From assembly GCA_903908245.1 (NCBI GenBank), contig CAIVRE010000006.1, positions 85,951-149,950 on the forward strand: 64,000 nt of DNA. Reading direction: 5' to 3'. Below are positions 19,134 through 27,406 of the stretch, piece after piece; the stretch's first letter is position 1, and every line of letters begins with the position of its first letter. Position numbers and translations under genes: made by a program. Under the pieces are notes generated by a model. The model was given only the letters and a program-made list of their open reading frames with translations, had not been told where the DNA came from and did no database searches. This stretch comes from Candidatus Omnitrophota bacterium. Its GTDB lineage: Bacteria > Omnitrophota > Gorgyraeia > Zapsychrales > Fredricksoniimonadaceae.

Positions 19134-20339
19134 TTAAATGGCCTTCCTTACTGCAGACGCCCCGCCGAACCACGCCCCCGGGATCTTGACCCCGGCCATA
19201 TCCTTACGCAACATCCTGACAAGCGCAGCGGCCATCCCCGAGGCTGAAAGCTGTTTGAACAAAAGGACTTCGCTGCGGATATGGTCGGACAATAAACGCG
19301 CCCGGGCCGGTTGTTCCCGGAAGTTCAGCGCCCCGCCATAACCTTCAAACGGAATGACCACCGCCCGCTTGGCATGCCTCAGCAAACTTAACGACGTATG
19401 ATACGGAGCCGGACAGATGCAGACATCACTCTCCGCAATAAGCTGGTCATAGCGGTCCGTCCACCTTACCAGACGGCCATTGGGCACTTTCTTCTTTGCC
19501 ATCAGTCCCTGGAACATCCGCCATTCCCCGTCAGTTGTCGACGGGCCGGCAACAAAGATATATTCATAGCCATCGCCTGAAATATCGCTGGCTTTAATGG
19601 CTGCCGCAATGATCTGCGGATAATACGCCCCGCCGCCGCGGACAACCGCCACCCGGACAACTCCCTTGCGGACAAATCCCGCCTTGCCTTCGCCCGGCTT
19701 GATCGCCGGAGCCTCAGGCACAAGATAGCCTGTAAAAACAACCTTGCGCTCGTTCTTCTTAAAGAATTCACGATACGCGCGCCGGCCAATTCCGGCAGGA
19801 TAAAGGCCGGACATATAATCCATTTCGATCCGCGGGCACAAAATAAAGATACGCTGATAAAGGCTCAGGATGAAGTCCAGCGAACGCCCTCGTCGGGCGG
19901 TCAACAGCGGGTATCCGGCAATGGAGAAGAGCGGGACTTTCTGCGAAGATAATGCCATTAAGGAAGGCAACAACTCGTCACGGCACTCGCCGCGGCCCAA
20001 CGGAAAAAATTCTGTAACAAAGACACCCGGCTTTGCCTGTTGAACAATATCCAGGCATTCCTTCGCCCGGATGGCAGAAGAAAAAGGATCTGCGGCCGCC
20101 GGATACCTGAAATTCGCCCGGCTGTTAAATGGCCGGCTCAAGGAATGCACCACCCCCGACCGGTCAAGGCTGGCCGCCGGCTGGTCACAGCCGCCCTGAA
20201 TAAAAAAGAAGTTCCTTTGAGGGAACTTCTCTTGATATATCCCGGCGAACGCCGCTACACGCGACGTATGCCCAAAACATTCGTAATGAGTATAATAAAC
20301 CCCGATCGTCTTGCGCAAGGGTGATCCATTGGTCAACAC
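19134..20339 (-). CDS. GT-B glycosyltransferase (GT28 C-terminal/COG4671-like)
   Basis: YYTHYECFGHTSRV, FVTEFFPLGR, VVRGGG and VAGP motifs. The true start is probably GTG 20339, TTG 20336 or TTG 20318, after the precursor stop, rather than 20432. Confidence 0.75.
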   Translation of the reverse strand: MLTNGSPLRKTIGVYYTHYECFGHTSRVAAFAGIYQEKFPQRNFFFIQGGCDQPAASLDRSGVVHSLSRPFNSRANFRYPAAADPFSSAIRAKECLDIVQQAKPGVFVTEFFPLGRGECRDELLPSLMALSSQKVPLFSIAGYPLLTARRGRSLDFILSLYQRIFILCPRIEMDYMSGLYPAGIGRRAYREFFKKNERKVVFTGYLVPEAPAIKPGEGKAGFVRKGVVRVAVVRGGGAYYPQIIAAAIKASDISGDGYEYIFVAGPSTTDGEWRMFQGLMAKKKVPNGRLVRWTDRYDQLIAESDVCICPAPYHTSLSLLRHAKRAVVIPFEGYGGALNFREQPARARLLSDHIRSEVLLFKQLSASGMAAALVRMLRKDMAGVKIPGAWFGGASAVRKAI

Positions 20340-20340
20340 T

Positions 20341-20595
20341 TCAATAAGAAGTATGTGACGCCGTATTCGTATGATCAAAACAACCCGCGGTCGTCTGAAG
20401 GCTGTTCGCGTGGTTCGTATGGTCTCCCGCACTCGCGTTAAAAGCCGCGCCCAGCGCCGCCATTCCGGCTACCGTGGACAATCCCACCTTAAGGATCGTC
20501 TCCTTGCTGACAAACCCGTCCTCATCCATCACAAACCCCTTAAGGCTTTTAACAACATCATCCTTCTTAAGAAGTCTTTTTTTCTTGAGCGCCAT
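20341..20595 (-). CDS. Putative RiPP precursor (HxsA-like) with a prepilin-type leader and an H-x-[N/S] core
   Basis: 84 aa with RBS GGAAGG upstream, overlapping the hxsB stop. Basic leader, then G27|FVSKE32, a hydrophobic segment, and core GDHTNHANSLQTTAGCFDHTNTASHTSY. Confidence 0.85.
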   Translation of the reverse strand: MALKKKRLLKKDDVVKSLKGFVMDEDGFVSKETILKVGLSTVAGMAALGAAFNASAGDHTNHANSLQTTAGCFDHTNTASHTSY

Positions 20596-21988
20596 AACGC
20601 TTTCCTTCCGTCCAGCGGTTGAAGATATCGGCTTGGTCCCCGCCTTCGATCAGGCGGCTGAAAATATGCTCGTACTGAAACGCCTGTATCTTCTGCATTG
20701 ACGAACAGGCGGTTTTTGGAACGATGTTCTTCTGCTCGGCATAATTGACCACCGGGCAATACCCCATCCACGGGCTGAACACGGAACTGTAATGCCAAAG
20801 ATTCACGCAGGAAGCCTGCAACAGATTGAGCAGGTTTTCCTTATTAAGTATAGCATCAAATTCCTCATTCACAATATTCCCCAGCTTGAACATTTCCTCC
20901 CCCAGCATCCGCGCCTCGTCACACGGATAGGCACTGCCGTCCGGCATATACACCATCGTGGAACGGCCGGCCCCGCATGGGCTCATCATATCCACATAAC
21001 CCGGGTCTCTTTTGGCCAGGACCTTGGTAAGGATGACCCGCGCAACACGTTCGCTCAAGTGCCGCCCCTGACGGTTGATCTTGATGATATGCTCAAATCC
21101 GCGTTGATAGAAATCACAAAATTCTTCCGGTGTGACCCCGATATCCCGCCAGGAACAACGCGCCGATCCCATGCAATTCGCAGGCCGAAGCGATATCTCT
21201 TCCTGCCCCAGGCTCACATACTCATCAATGATCCGTTCAGGATGCGCCAGGGAATGTTTGGTGATCGTGGGCAACAGCGTGACTTTCCGGCCAAATTTAT
21301 CCTTGAACCGCCTGATCCTGGCAACCACCTCGCTGTAAGTCCCGCGGCCCTCTATGTCCACCCGATTACGGTCATGAATGTCTTTCGGGCCATCCAGCGA
21401 AGAACAGACATCCACATCGTGTTTGGCCAGGAATGCCATTTTTTTGTCATCCAGGAGCATCAAATTGGTCACCAGCACCAGCTGAAGTTTCTTGCCCAGT
21501 GTGTTGAACTTGCGGGCATTCACGACCAGAAGCTCCAGCACCGGCCAATTGAGCACCGGCTCACCGCCCTGGAATTCCAGGACGACCGATGGATTGGCGA
21601 CATCAAAAAGATATTTCAGCACGCGCCCGGCCACCTCGATCGTCATATCCTGCGATAAAGTGCCTCCTTCTGCCTGGCAATAGGAACACCGCAGATTACA
21701 GCGTTTTGTCAGCACGGCAATATGCAATGAGGTGTCTGTAAAGAGATTGGCGTTCAGGGACCGGAACCCGGTAATGACATCCGCGATGTTCGACTGATCC
21801 ACGACGATCCCGCGCGTGCGCAGGCGTTGGGCAAGGGCATCGGAAGACTTAAGGCGCAAGGCATTCAGCTGCCGGAATTCGGCAGGGGTCAGCGCATCCC
21901 AGCACCCCATCATATTGCTGACAAGGTATTTCCCGTTGATCTTCGCGGAATTGAACGGCAGGATAACAATATCATTTTCGTTCTTCAT
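20567..21988 (-). CDS. hxsB: His-Xaa-Ser system radical SAM maturase HxsB-like
   Basis: N-terminal ILPFN..YLVSN, TSLHIAVLTKRCNLRCSYCQ, LEFQGGEP, YVDMMSPCGAG, YPCDEARM and PWMGYCPV. Downstream of an hxsD-like gene. Confidence 0.85.
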   Translation of the reverse strand: MKNENDIVILPFNSAKINGKYLVSNMMGCWDALTPAEFRQLNALRLKSSDALAQRLRTRGIVVDQSNIADVITGFRSLNANLFTDTSLHIAVLTKRCNLRCSYCQAEGGTLSQDMTIEVAGRVLKYLFDVANPSVVLEFQGGEPVLNWPVLELLVVNARKFNTLGKKLQLVLVTNLMLLDDKKMAFLAKHDVDVCSSLDGPKDIHDRNRVDIEGRGTYSEVVARIRRFKDKFGRKVTLLPTITKHSLAHPERIIDEYVSLGQEEISLRPANCMGSARCSWRDIGVTPEEFCDFYQRGFEHIIKINRQGRHLSERVARVILTKVLAKRDPGYVDMMSPCGAGRSTMVYMPDGSAYPCDEARMLGEEMFKLGNIVNEEFDAILNKENLLNLLQASCVNLWHYSSVFSPWMGYCPVVNYAEQKNIVPKTACSSMQKIQAFQYEHIFSRLIEGGDQADIFNRWTEGKRYGAQEKKTS

Positions 21989-21997
21989 AATGGCCGA

Positions 21998-22732
21998 TCA
22001 AGGATTGTCCGGTAATGGTGTGGTGAACGGCCCCTTGCAAAAGGCTTTAATATCGGCATCCTCGATCCCGTCGCAATAATCCTTATCTTCTGCATGACGG
22101 GCAAACCTGAAATAGGCAAGATCCGATTCCAGCTGCTTCGCATCCGCCCCTTCGAACAGCATCTTGCAATCAACGACATTCTGATAATTCACCGCTGTCC
22201 AGGAAAGAGGATTATCGCCCACCATCTCGCGCACAAATTGCTGGCACTGCCGCGGGCCTTTCACATACCCCCGCGCAAAAGAGATCAAACGGATATCCCA
22301 ATCCCGCTCTGATTTAGGATAAAAAACCTGCACTTTCGCGTGCAAACGGTCAAGAAGATCCCGGCTCGGCTGCTGCAATAACGAACAAAAAATGGATTCC
22401 AGTTCATTAAGGTCCTTGGACGGCTTGCAATTTTCGGCAGCAAGGGCCTTTTTTATCCGAAGGTACTGATTTTCCTGCGAAGGAAAACCCGCGGGACAAT
22501 TCTTTTGAGAAAAACAGGACAGGTCCTCGATCTCTTTCGAGTCGACTATGTCAAACTTGTACCCCAGGCGGATCGCCTTGTGCTCCCACTCAATCCGCTC
22601 CTCCAAAGTAGGCACGGCCGGCGCTTCAGTCCTCTCGACATCTTTGGCCAACAAAGAAGGCGTAAACCCCGTTGCGCAAAATAAAACAAGGACACCGGTA
22701 AGAATAACGGAAACTTTCCCCCAAGAGATCAT
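21998..22732 (-). CDS. Exported Cys-rich hypothetical protein
   Basis: Signal peptide-like N-terminus (..TPSLLA|K) and 8 Cys in the mature part. Lies between hxsD and hxsB and overlaps the hxsD stop by 4 nt. Confidence 0.75.
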   Translation of the reverse strand: MISWGKVSVILTGVLVLFCATGFTPSLLAKDVERTEAPAVPTLEERIEWEHKAIRLGYKFDIVDSKEIEDLSCFSQKNCPAGFPSQENQYLRIKKALAAENCKPSKDLNELESIFCSLLQQPSRDLLDRLHAKVQVFYPKSERDWDIRLISFARGYVKGPRQCQQFVREMVGDNPLSWTAVNYQNVVDCKMLFEGADAKQLESDLAYFRFARHAEDKDYCDGIEDADIKAFCKGPFTTPLPDNP

Positions 22733-23160
22733 TTCTTCCCCTTCTTGCCGGTCTTGCCGGTCTTGCTGGTCTTGCTGGTCTTGACTTCCTCAGCCTCAAG
22801 TTCTTTAATAAGATCTTCGATCTCCTTGTCTTCCGCCTCTTTCACCATCGTCGGAGATGCGGAAAAGAGAGCGCGCTGCAACAGCAGCTTGAGCCCTTCG
22901 GCATTGGCCTTGAGGCTGGAAAAATAATGGGCATAATTCAGCAGTTCCTGCGAAAAGTCCAGCGCCAGTTGATCAAAGTCTTTCTCTTTCCCTTTAGGCG
23001 AAAGCCACACATCCACCGTTCCTTTTTTTCCTTCATCCAGGCGCACATACGCGCGGTCCATGAAAACATACCCCGCGGAATGAATGGACTGTAACGGATA
23101 AACATTGGTATTCACCGGCAATTTGACCCAACCATCGGCCTTCTGGAAAACTTTCGCCAT
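22729..23160 (-). CDS. hxsD: His-Xaa-Ser system protein HxsD-like
   Basis: VNTNVYPLQSIHSAGYVFMDRAYVRL..DFSQELLNY..LLLQRALFS pattern, with GGAG RBS 6 nt before ATG 23160. Confidence 0.8.
   Translation of the reverse strand: MAKVFQKADGWVKLPVNTNVYPLQSIHSAGYVFMDRAYVRLDEGKKGTVDVWLSPKGKEKDFDQLALDFSQELLNYAHYFSSLKANAEGLKLLLQRALFSASPTMVKEAEDKEIEDLIKELEAEEVKTSKTSKTGKTGKKGKK
22743..22783. repeat. 9-bp coding tandem repeat (gtcttgcYg, about 4.5 copies) encoding KTSKTSKTGKTGK
   Basis: tcttgccg gtcttgccg gtcttgctg gtcttgctg gtcttg. Confidence 0.8.
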
Positions 23161-23206
23161 ATACATCTCCAAGAAATATTACAGATTAAGAAGAAAATCT
23201 TTAAAA

Positions 23207-23234
23207 ATTATAACAAATTCCCAACATCATTCAA
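23207..23234 (-). promoter_or_regulatory. Sigma70 promoter for the hxsD operon
   Basis: TTGAAT-N16-TATAAT on the minus strand. Confidence 0.65.
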
Positions 23235-23601
23235 GCAGTCGTTCCACCTTAAGCGCGAGGAATTCATTGCGAAAAGGCTTGGCAAGATAATCATTGGCGC
23301 CTGCCTTCATGAACCGTTCAACATAGTCCATATCCAGCGCGCCCGACACCACGATGATCTTCACATGGTTCGCGGCAGGATCCATTCTAAGCCGCTGACA
23401 TACCTCAAAACCGTCCATCCCGGGCATCCGCAGGTCCAGCAGGATCAGGTCGGGCCGGAACTCCGCGAACTTTGCCTCGGCGGCAAGGCCATCATAGGCG
23501 ACATCCACCATATACTTCTTCTGATTGACCAGCACCCGGCGCAGGGCATTAGACATTTCATGGTCGTCATCAACGATCAATATTTTCTTCGGATCCGCCA
23601 C
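23227..23601 (-). CDS. Single-domain response regulator
   Basis: ILIVDDD, DLILLDLRMPGMDG and KPF motifs. Confidence 0.9.
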   Translation of the reverse strand: MADPKKILIVDDDHEMSNALRRVLVNQKKYMVDVAYDGLAAEAKFAEFRPDLILLDLRMPGMDGFEVCQRLRMDPAANHVKIIVVSGALDMDYVERFMKAGANDYLAKPFRNEFLALKVERLLE

Positions 23602-23605
23602 CGGG

Positions 23606-23974
23606 CTATCCTTCCAGTAAAGATATGACTTTTAAATGATAGAACCGCAGATATTTTTCTTTTTCCCGTTCAGGCAAAGCTTCGAACTTCCCGCCGGCAC
23701 GATAGCCCTTGTATTGCTCGAAATACCCCGCCCAAACAACCTTTAAACACACCTCCAACCGCCCGATCTCGGGCAACTCCATCACCAAGCGGACGACCTG
23801 GTCCGGCTGAAGCCCTTCCGGCGACAAAAAACACATGCCATCAGGGGTAATATTGACCACTTGACTGGCAAAGATCTTGCCCGATCCCGCAAGAACCTCG
23901 CCCTGCGCGGCAATATCAACCCCGACTCTGCGCCATTCACGCGATTCATTCATAATATTATTATCAAGCCTCAT
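23606..23974 (-). CDS. PilZ-domain protein
   Basis: REWRR (RxxxR) and NITPDG motifs, plus VVW..GGKF. Confidence 0.85.
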   Translation of the reverse strand: MRLDNNIMNESREWRRVGVDIAAQGEVLAGSGKIFASQVVNITPDGMCFLSPEGLQPDQVVRLVMELPEIGRLEVCLKVVWAGYFEQYKGYRAGGKFEALPEREKEKYLRFYHLKVISLLEG

Positions 23975-24017
23975 TATCTTAATTTACCATATTTTCGACT
24001 TTCTTGCGAATAATTAA

Positions 24018-24081
24018 GGGGACACTTTACTTAATTCCCTTTTTAACCATCCGCGTTACGGGAATTAAGTAAAGTGTCCCC
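24018..24081. repeat. REP-like palindrome family A, copy 1 (22-bp perfect inverted repeat)
   Basis: ggggacactttacttaattccc ... gggaattaagtaaagtgtcccc, immediately downstream of the hcp stop. Confidence 0.85.
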
Positions 24082-24085
24082 CTAA

Positions 24086-25744
24086 TTACACGCCCGACAT
24101 GATCGCGGGAACATCGACCTCGGCTGTGGCCGTCGGCCTAATATTGAACTTCTCCACCAGCACCTTGGCCACATTGGGCGACAGGAACGCCGGAAGGGTC
24201 GGGCCCAGGCGGATATTCTTGACCCCCAGGAAAAGCAATGCCAGCAACACAGCCACCGCCTTCTGCTCATACCACGCGATATCGTAGGAGATCGGCAACT
24301 TGTTGATATCATCAAGCCCGAACGCCTCTTTAAGTTTAAGCGCGATGACCGCCAGTGAATACGAATCATTGCACTGACCAGCATCAAGCACGCGCGGGAT
24401 CCCGCCGATATCGCCCAGCTTCAGTTTGTTATAACGGTATTTGGCGCACCCCGCGGTCAGGATGACCGCGTCCTTCGGAAGGGCGGCGGCCACATCCGTA
24501 AAATACTGACGGTCCTTGTTTCGCCCGTCGCAACCGGCCATCACCACAAAACGTTTAATCGCTCCGCTCTTGACCGCGGCCACCACTTTATCGGCCAGTG
24601 CCATCACCTGGTTATGGCCGAAGCCGCCCACCAGTTCACCTGTTTCGATCTCTTTCGGAGCCGGACAGGACTTTGCGCACTTGATGATCGCAGCAAAATC
24701 CTTTCTTCCGCCTTCAGGCCGTTCCCCGATATGCACGGCCCCCGGATATCCGGCCGCACCCGTCGTAAACATCCTGCTCAAATAAGACCCTTTAACAGGA
24801 ATGATACAATTGGTCGTCATCAGGATCGGCCCGCTGAAATTCTCGAAATCCGAACCCTGATGCCACCAGGAACTGCCATAATTCCCGACGAAATTATCAT
24901 ACGCCTTGAACTTCGGATAATAATGGCCGGGAAGCATTTCACTGTGCGTGTACACATCAACGCCCGTCCCCCTGGTTTCTTCCAGAAGGTCTTCCAGGTC
25001 GCGCAGATCATGGCCGGAAATAAGAATGCCCGGATTCTTGCGCACGCCAAGGTTCACTTTGGTTATCTCCGGATTGCCGAACCTTTCGGTATTGGCCTTA
25101 TCCAGAAGAGCAAGCGTTGTCACCGCATTCCCTCCTGTCTTCATGACCATCGCGACCAGGTCATCGACGCTCAGGTCCTTCACCGTAGCGACCAAGGCAT
25201 CAACGATCTGCCCATAGATCGCCGGATCCTCATGCCCCAGGTCCGCCGCGTGATCGGCATACGCCGCCACCCCTTTAAGCCCGTACATAATAAGCTCGCG
25301 CAATGAACGGATATCCTCATTGCCCGTTGTCAACACACCCACACTGCCCGCCTTGGCACGGATCGCCTCGTCCGTATCGGCCGTCCAGGTCGCACATTCA
25401 GGCGCCGAAGCCTGGCATCCGCAACTCTGCGACGCGCCTAACACCTTGTGTTTCCAGATATCGCGAACTTTAAGGGCTTCCCTGATCCGTGCAATGATCA
25501 CCGACTCATCAAAATTGGCATTGGTGATCGTCATAAATATGGCGGAGGTCATAAACCTCCCTGTCTTAAAATCCAATGCAATGTCCTTTTGCCTGGCCTT
25601 ATCGGCCCACACCGCGATCCCCTTGACCGTAAAGATCAACAGGTCCTGAAGATTGGCGAGCTCATCACTCTTGCCGCAAACACCCTTGACCTTGCAGCCG
25701 GTATTCCCGGCTGTTTCCTGGCACTGATAACAGAACATGCTCAT
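24086..25744 (-). CDS. hcp: Hybrid cluster protein (hydroxylamine reductase)
   Basis: [46 protein letters not shown] and WYEQKA motifs. Confidence 0.97.
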   Translation of the reverse strand: MSMFCYQCQETAGNTGCKVKGVCGKSDELANLQDLLIFTVKGIAVWADKARQKDIALDFKTGRFMTSAIFMTITNANFDESVIIARIREALKVRDIWKHKVLGASQSCGCQASAPECATWTADTDEAIRAKAGSVGVLTTGNEDIRSLRELIMYGLKGVAAYADHAADLGHEDPAIYGQIVDALVATVKDLSVDDLVAMVMKTGGNAVTTLALLDKANTERFGNPEITKVNLGVRKNPGILISGHDLRDLEDLLEETRGTGVDVYTHSEMLPGHYYPKFKAYDNFVGNYGSSWWHQGSDFENFSGPILMTTNCIIPVKGSYLSRMFTTGAAGYPGAVHIGERPEGGRKDFAAIIKCAKSCPAPKEIETGELVGGFGHNQVMALADKVVAAVKSGAIKRFVVMAGCDGRNKDRQYFTDVAAALPKDAVILTAGCAKYRYNKLKLGDIGGIPRVLDAGQCNDSYSLAVIALKLKEAFGLDDINKLPISYDIAWYEQKAVAVLLALLFLGVKNIRLGPTLPAFLSPNVAKVLVEKFNIRPTATAEVDVPAIMSGV

Positions 25745-25758
25745 AATTTCCCCCTTTT

Positions 25759-26475
25759 TTAAATGATCTCGCCCCGAAGCGAGATCGTATATTCTTTCAA
25801 CACAATGCCCCTGCCTGAACGGCGCACCGCATCCTCAACGAGGCTGACCGTCCCCCCGCAACAGGGCACTTCCATCCGCACCATGGTGACCGAACGGATA
25901 TTATTCACCTGGAATATCCCGGTGAGCTTTGCAACATACCCCTCCAGGTCTTCATCGAGCTTGGGACAGAACACGACCAGGACTTTCCCCTTAAGGAACT
26001 TGCGATGAAAATCAGCATAAGTGAACGGCACACAATCCGCGCTGACCACAAGGTCCGCGTCCTTAAAAAATGGCGCATGGGGATCAAGCAAACGCAACTG
26101 CACCGGCCATTGCATCAGTTCCGAAAGCAGCGGCCCCGAGCCGGCCTCCGGCTTCACGCAAGAGCCTGCCGGAGATCGTCCCCGAAAATCCTGCGTCATG
26201 CTCCCCGGGCAACCGCATGCCATGGGCTTACGGGCTTCTGTTTCTTTATGCATCTTCACTTTCTCCTCGCTGAATTTATCGGCCTCCCGCTCCTCGATCG
26301 CGATCGCCCCCCGGGGGCACTCCCCAAGACAGGCCCCAAGGCCGTCGCACAATGCATCCGCCGCCAGCCGCGCCTTGCCGTTGACGATCCTGATCGCCCC
26401 TTCATGACAGGAAGGGACGCACACCCCGCAACCATTGCATTTGTCTTCATCGATCCTGACAATACTTCGTTTCAT
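25759..26475 (-). CDS. 4Fe-4S dicluster ferredoxin-domain protein (hcp-associated type)
   Basis: [33 protein letters not shown] and MEVPCC motifs. Start at ATG 26475 after RBS. Confidence 0.9.
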   Translation of the reverse strand: MKRSIVRIDEDKCNGCGVCVPSCHEGAIRIVNGKARLAADALCDGLGACLGECPRGAIAIEEREADKFSEEKVKMHKETEARKPMACGCPGSMTQDFRGRSPAGSCVKPEAGSGPLLSELMQWPVQLRLLDPHAPFFKDADLVVSADCVPFTYADFHRKFLKGKVLVVFCPKLDEDLEGYVAKLTGIFQVNNIRSVTMVRMEVPCCGGTVSLVEDAVRRSGRGIVLKEYTISLRGEII

Positions 26476-26493
26476 AAACCCCACCTGCGATTA

Positions 26494-26514
26494 ATGACAC
26501 CATGGCAGTATCAT
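26494..26514. promoter_or_regulatory. Putative Rrf2 operator, site 2
   Basis: ATGACACC-N5-AGTATCAT, matching site 1. Confidence 0.7.
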
Positions 26515-26529
26515 ATTTTAATAAAAAAA

Positions 26530-26931
26530 TCATCTCTTCATCAACGACGCGATCGTGACTCCACGCAAATGCGCCAGCGCCATGGCCTCGATCTGCTTGA
26601 TCTCGCGGCGCAAAGGACATGTCTTCACGCATTCACACAACTTCTTCCTGAAAAGACAGTCCCCCATTGAGACCGGCCCCTGAAAAAGTGCTATCAGATC
26701 GGCCAAACGGATCTTTTCAACCGGTAAAACCAGCGTAAAACCGCCGTTCTTCCCCTTGGCCGATGCCAGATATCCGGACTTCTGAAGCGCCTGAAGGGTC
26801 TTGCGCATGAACGGCCTGGGAAGTTCAAGGTCGCGCTCAAGATCTCGCGCCGACACTCTTTCCGGCGCCTTCCCGGCCATGTGGATCAGAGCGCGCACCG
26901 CATAATCTGTATTTCGGGTCAACAGGTTCAT
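26530..26931 (-). CDS. Rrf2-family Fe-S regulator (NsrR/IscR-like)
   Basis: TDYAVRAL, KGKNGGF and Cys cluster CLFRKKLCECVKTC. Confidence 0.92.
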   Translation of the reverse strand: MNLLTRNTDYAVRALIHMAGKAPERVSARDLERDLELPRPFMRKTLQALQKSGYLASAKGKNGGFTLVLPVEKIRLADLIALFQGPVSMGDCLFRKKLCECVKTCPLRREIKQIEAMALAHLRGVTIASLMKR

Positions 26932-26938
26932 CCGGTTT

Positions 26939-26968
26939 AAATGATACCATTAAGGTGTCATTTGTCAA
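26939..26968 (-). promoter_or_regulatory. Sigma70 promoter overlapped by putative Rrf2 operator site 1
   Basis: TTGACA (26963-68), N16, TATCAT (26941-46), with palindrome AAATGATACC-ATTAA-GGTGTCATTT. Confidence 0.75.
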
Positions 26969-26988
26969 GAAAAAAAATCGCCATAGCC

Positions 26989-27348
26989 CTACTCGCCCAG
27001 GATCATCCTGACCTTGCTCATCAGATCGCCCATATTCAAAGGCTTGGGGAAAAAAGCGGCCACGCCTTCAGTACGAAAGATCTCCCCCAACTCTTCTCTG
27101 GCAGTAATCACGATCAAAGGGATATGCCGGAGATTCTCATCCGAGCGGGCCTCGGAAAGAAAAGAATACCCGTCCAGGCCCGGCATCATCACATCAAGAA
27201 TAACCAGATCAGGAAGGTCGCAGCGCATACGCGCCATCCCTGCCGCGCCATTGGATTCCAGCAAAGGCTGAAATCCGGCCGACTGGATCTGCTTTTCCAG
27301 AAGCGCCGTGATCCCGGGATCATCGTCCACAACAAGTATTTTTTTCAT
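26989..27348 (-). CDS. Single-domain response regulator
   Basis: ILVVDDD, LDVMMPGLDG and KP motifs. Confidence 0.9.
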   Translation of the reverse strand: MKKILVVDDDPGITALLEKQIQSAGFQPLLESNGAAGMARMRCDLPDLVILDVMMPGLDGYSFLSEARSDENLRHIPLIVITAREELGEIFRTEGVAAFFPKPLNMGDLMSKVRMILGE

Positions 27349-27406
27349 ATAATTCCAGTTTATCCAAATATATTATAACGGCCTAAACCCCGCTGACCAT
27401 TTGTTT

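Noticed and set aside
20340-20432. N-terminal extension of the glycosyltransferase ORF (track start 20432)
   Set aside because: It overlaps the precursor core in another frame, and GT homology begins only at about KTIGVYYTH, so the start after the precursor stop is preferred.
20792-21658. Long antisense ORFs (also 27926-28789, 37064-38014, 61870-62652 and others)
   Set aside because: They lie opposite well-supported genes, lack motifs, and are expected from GC-rich codon bias.
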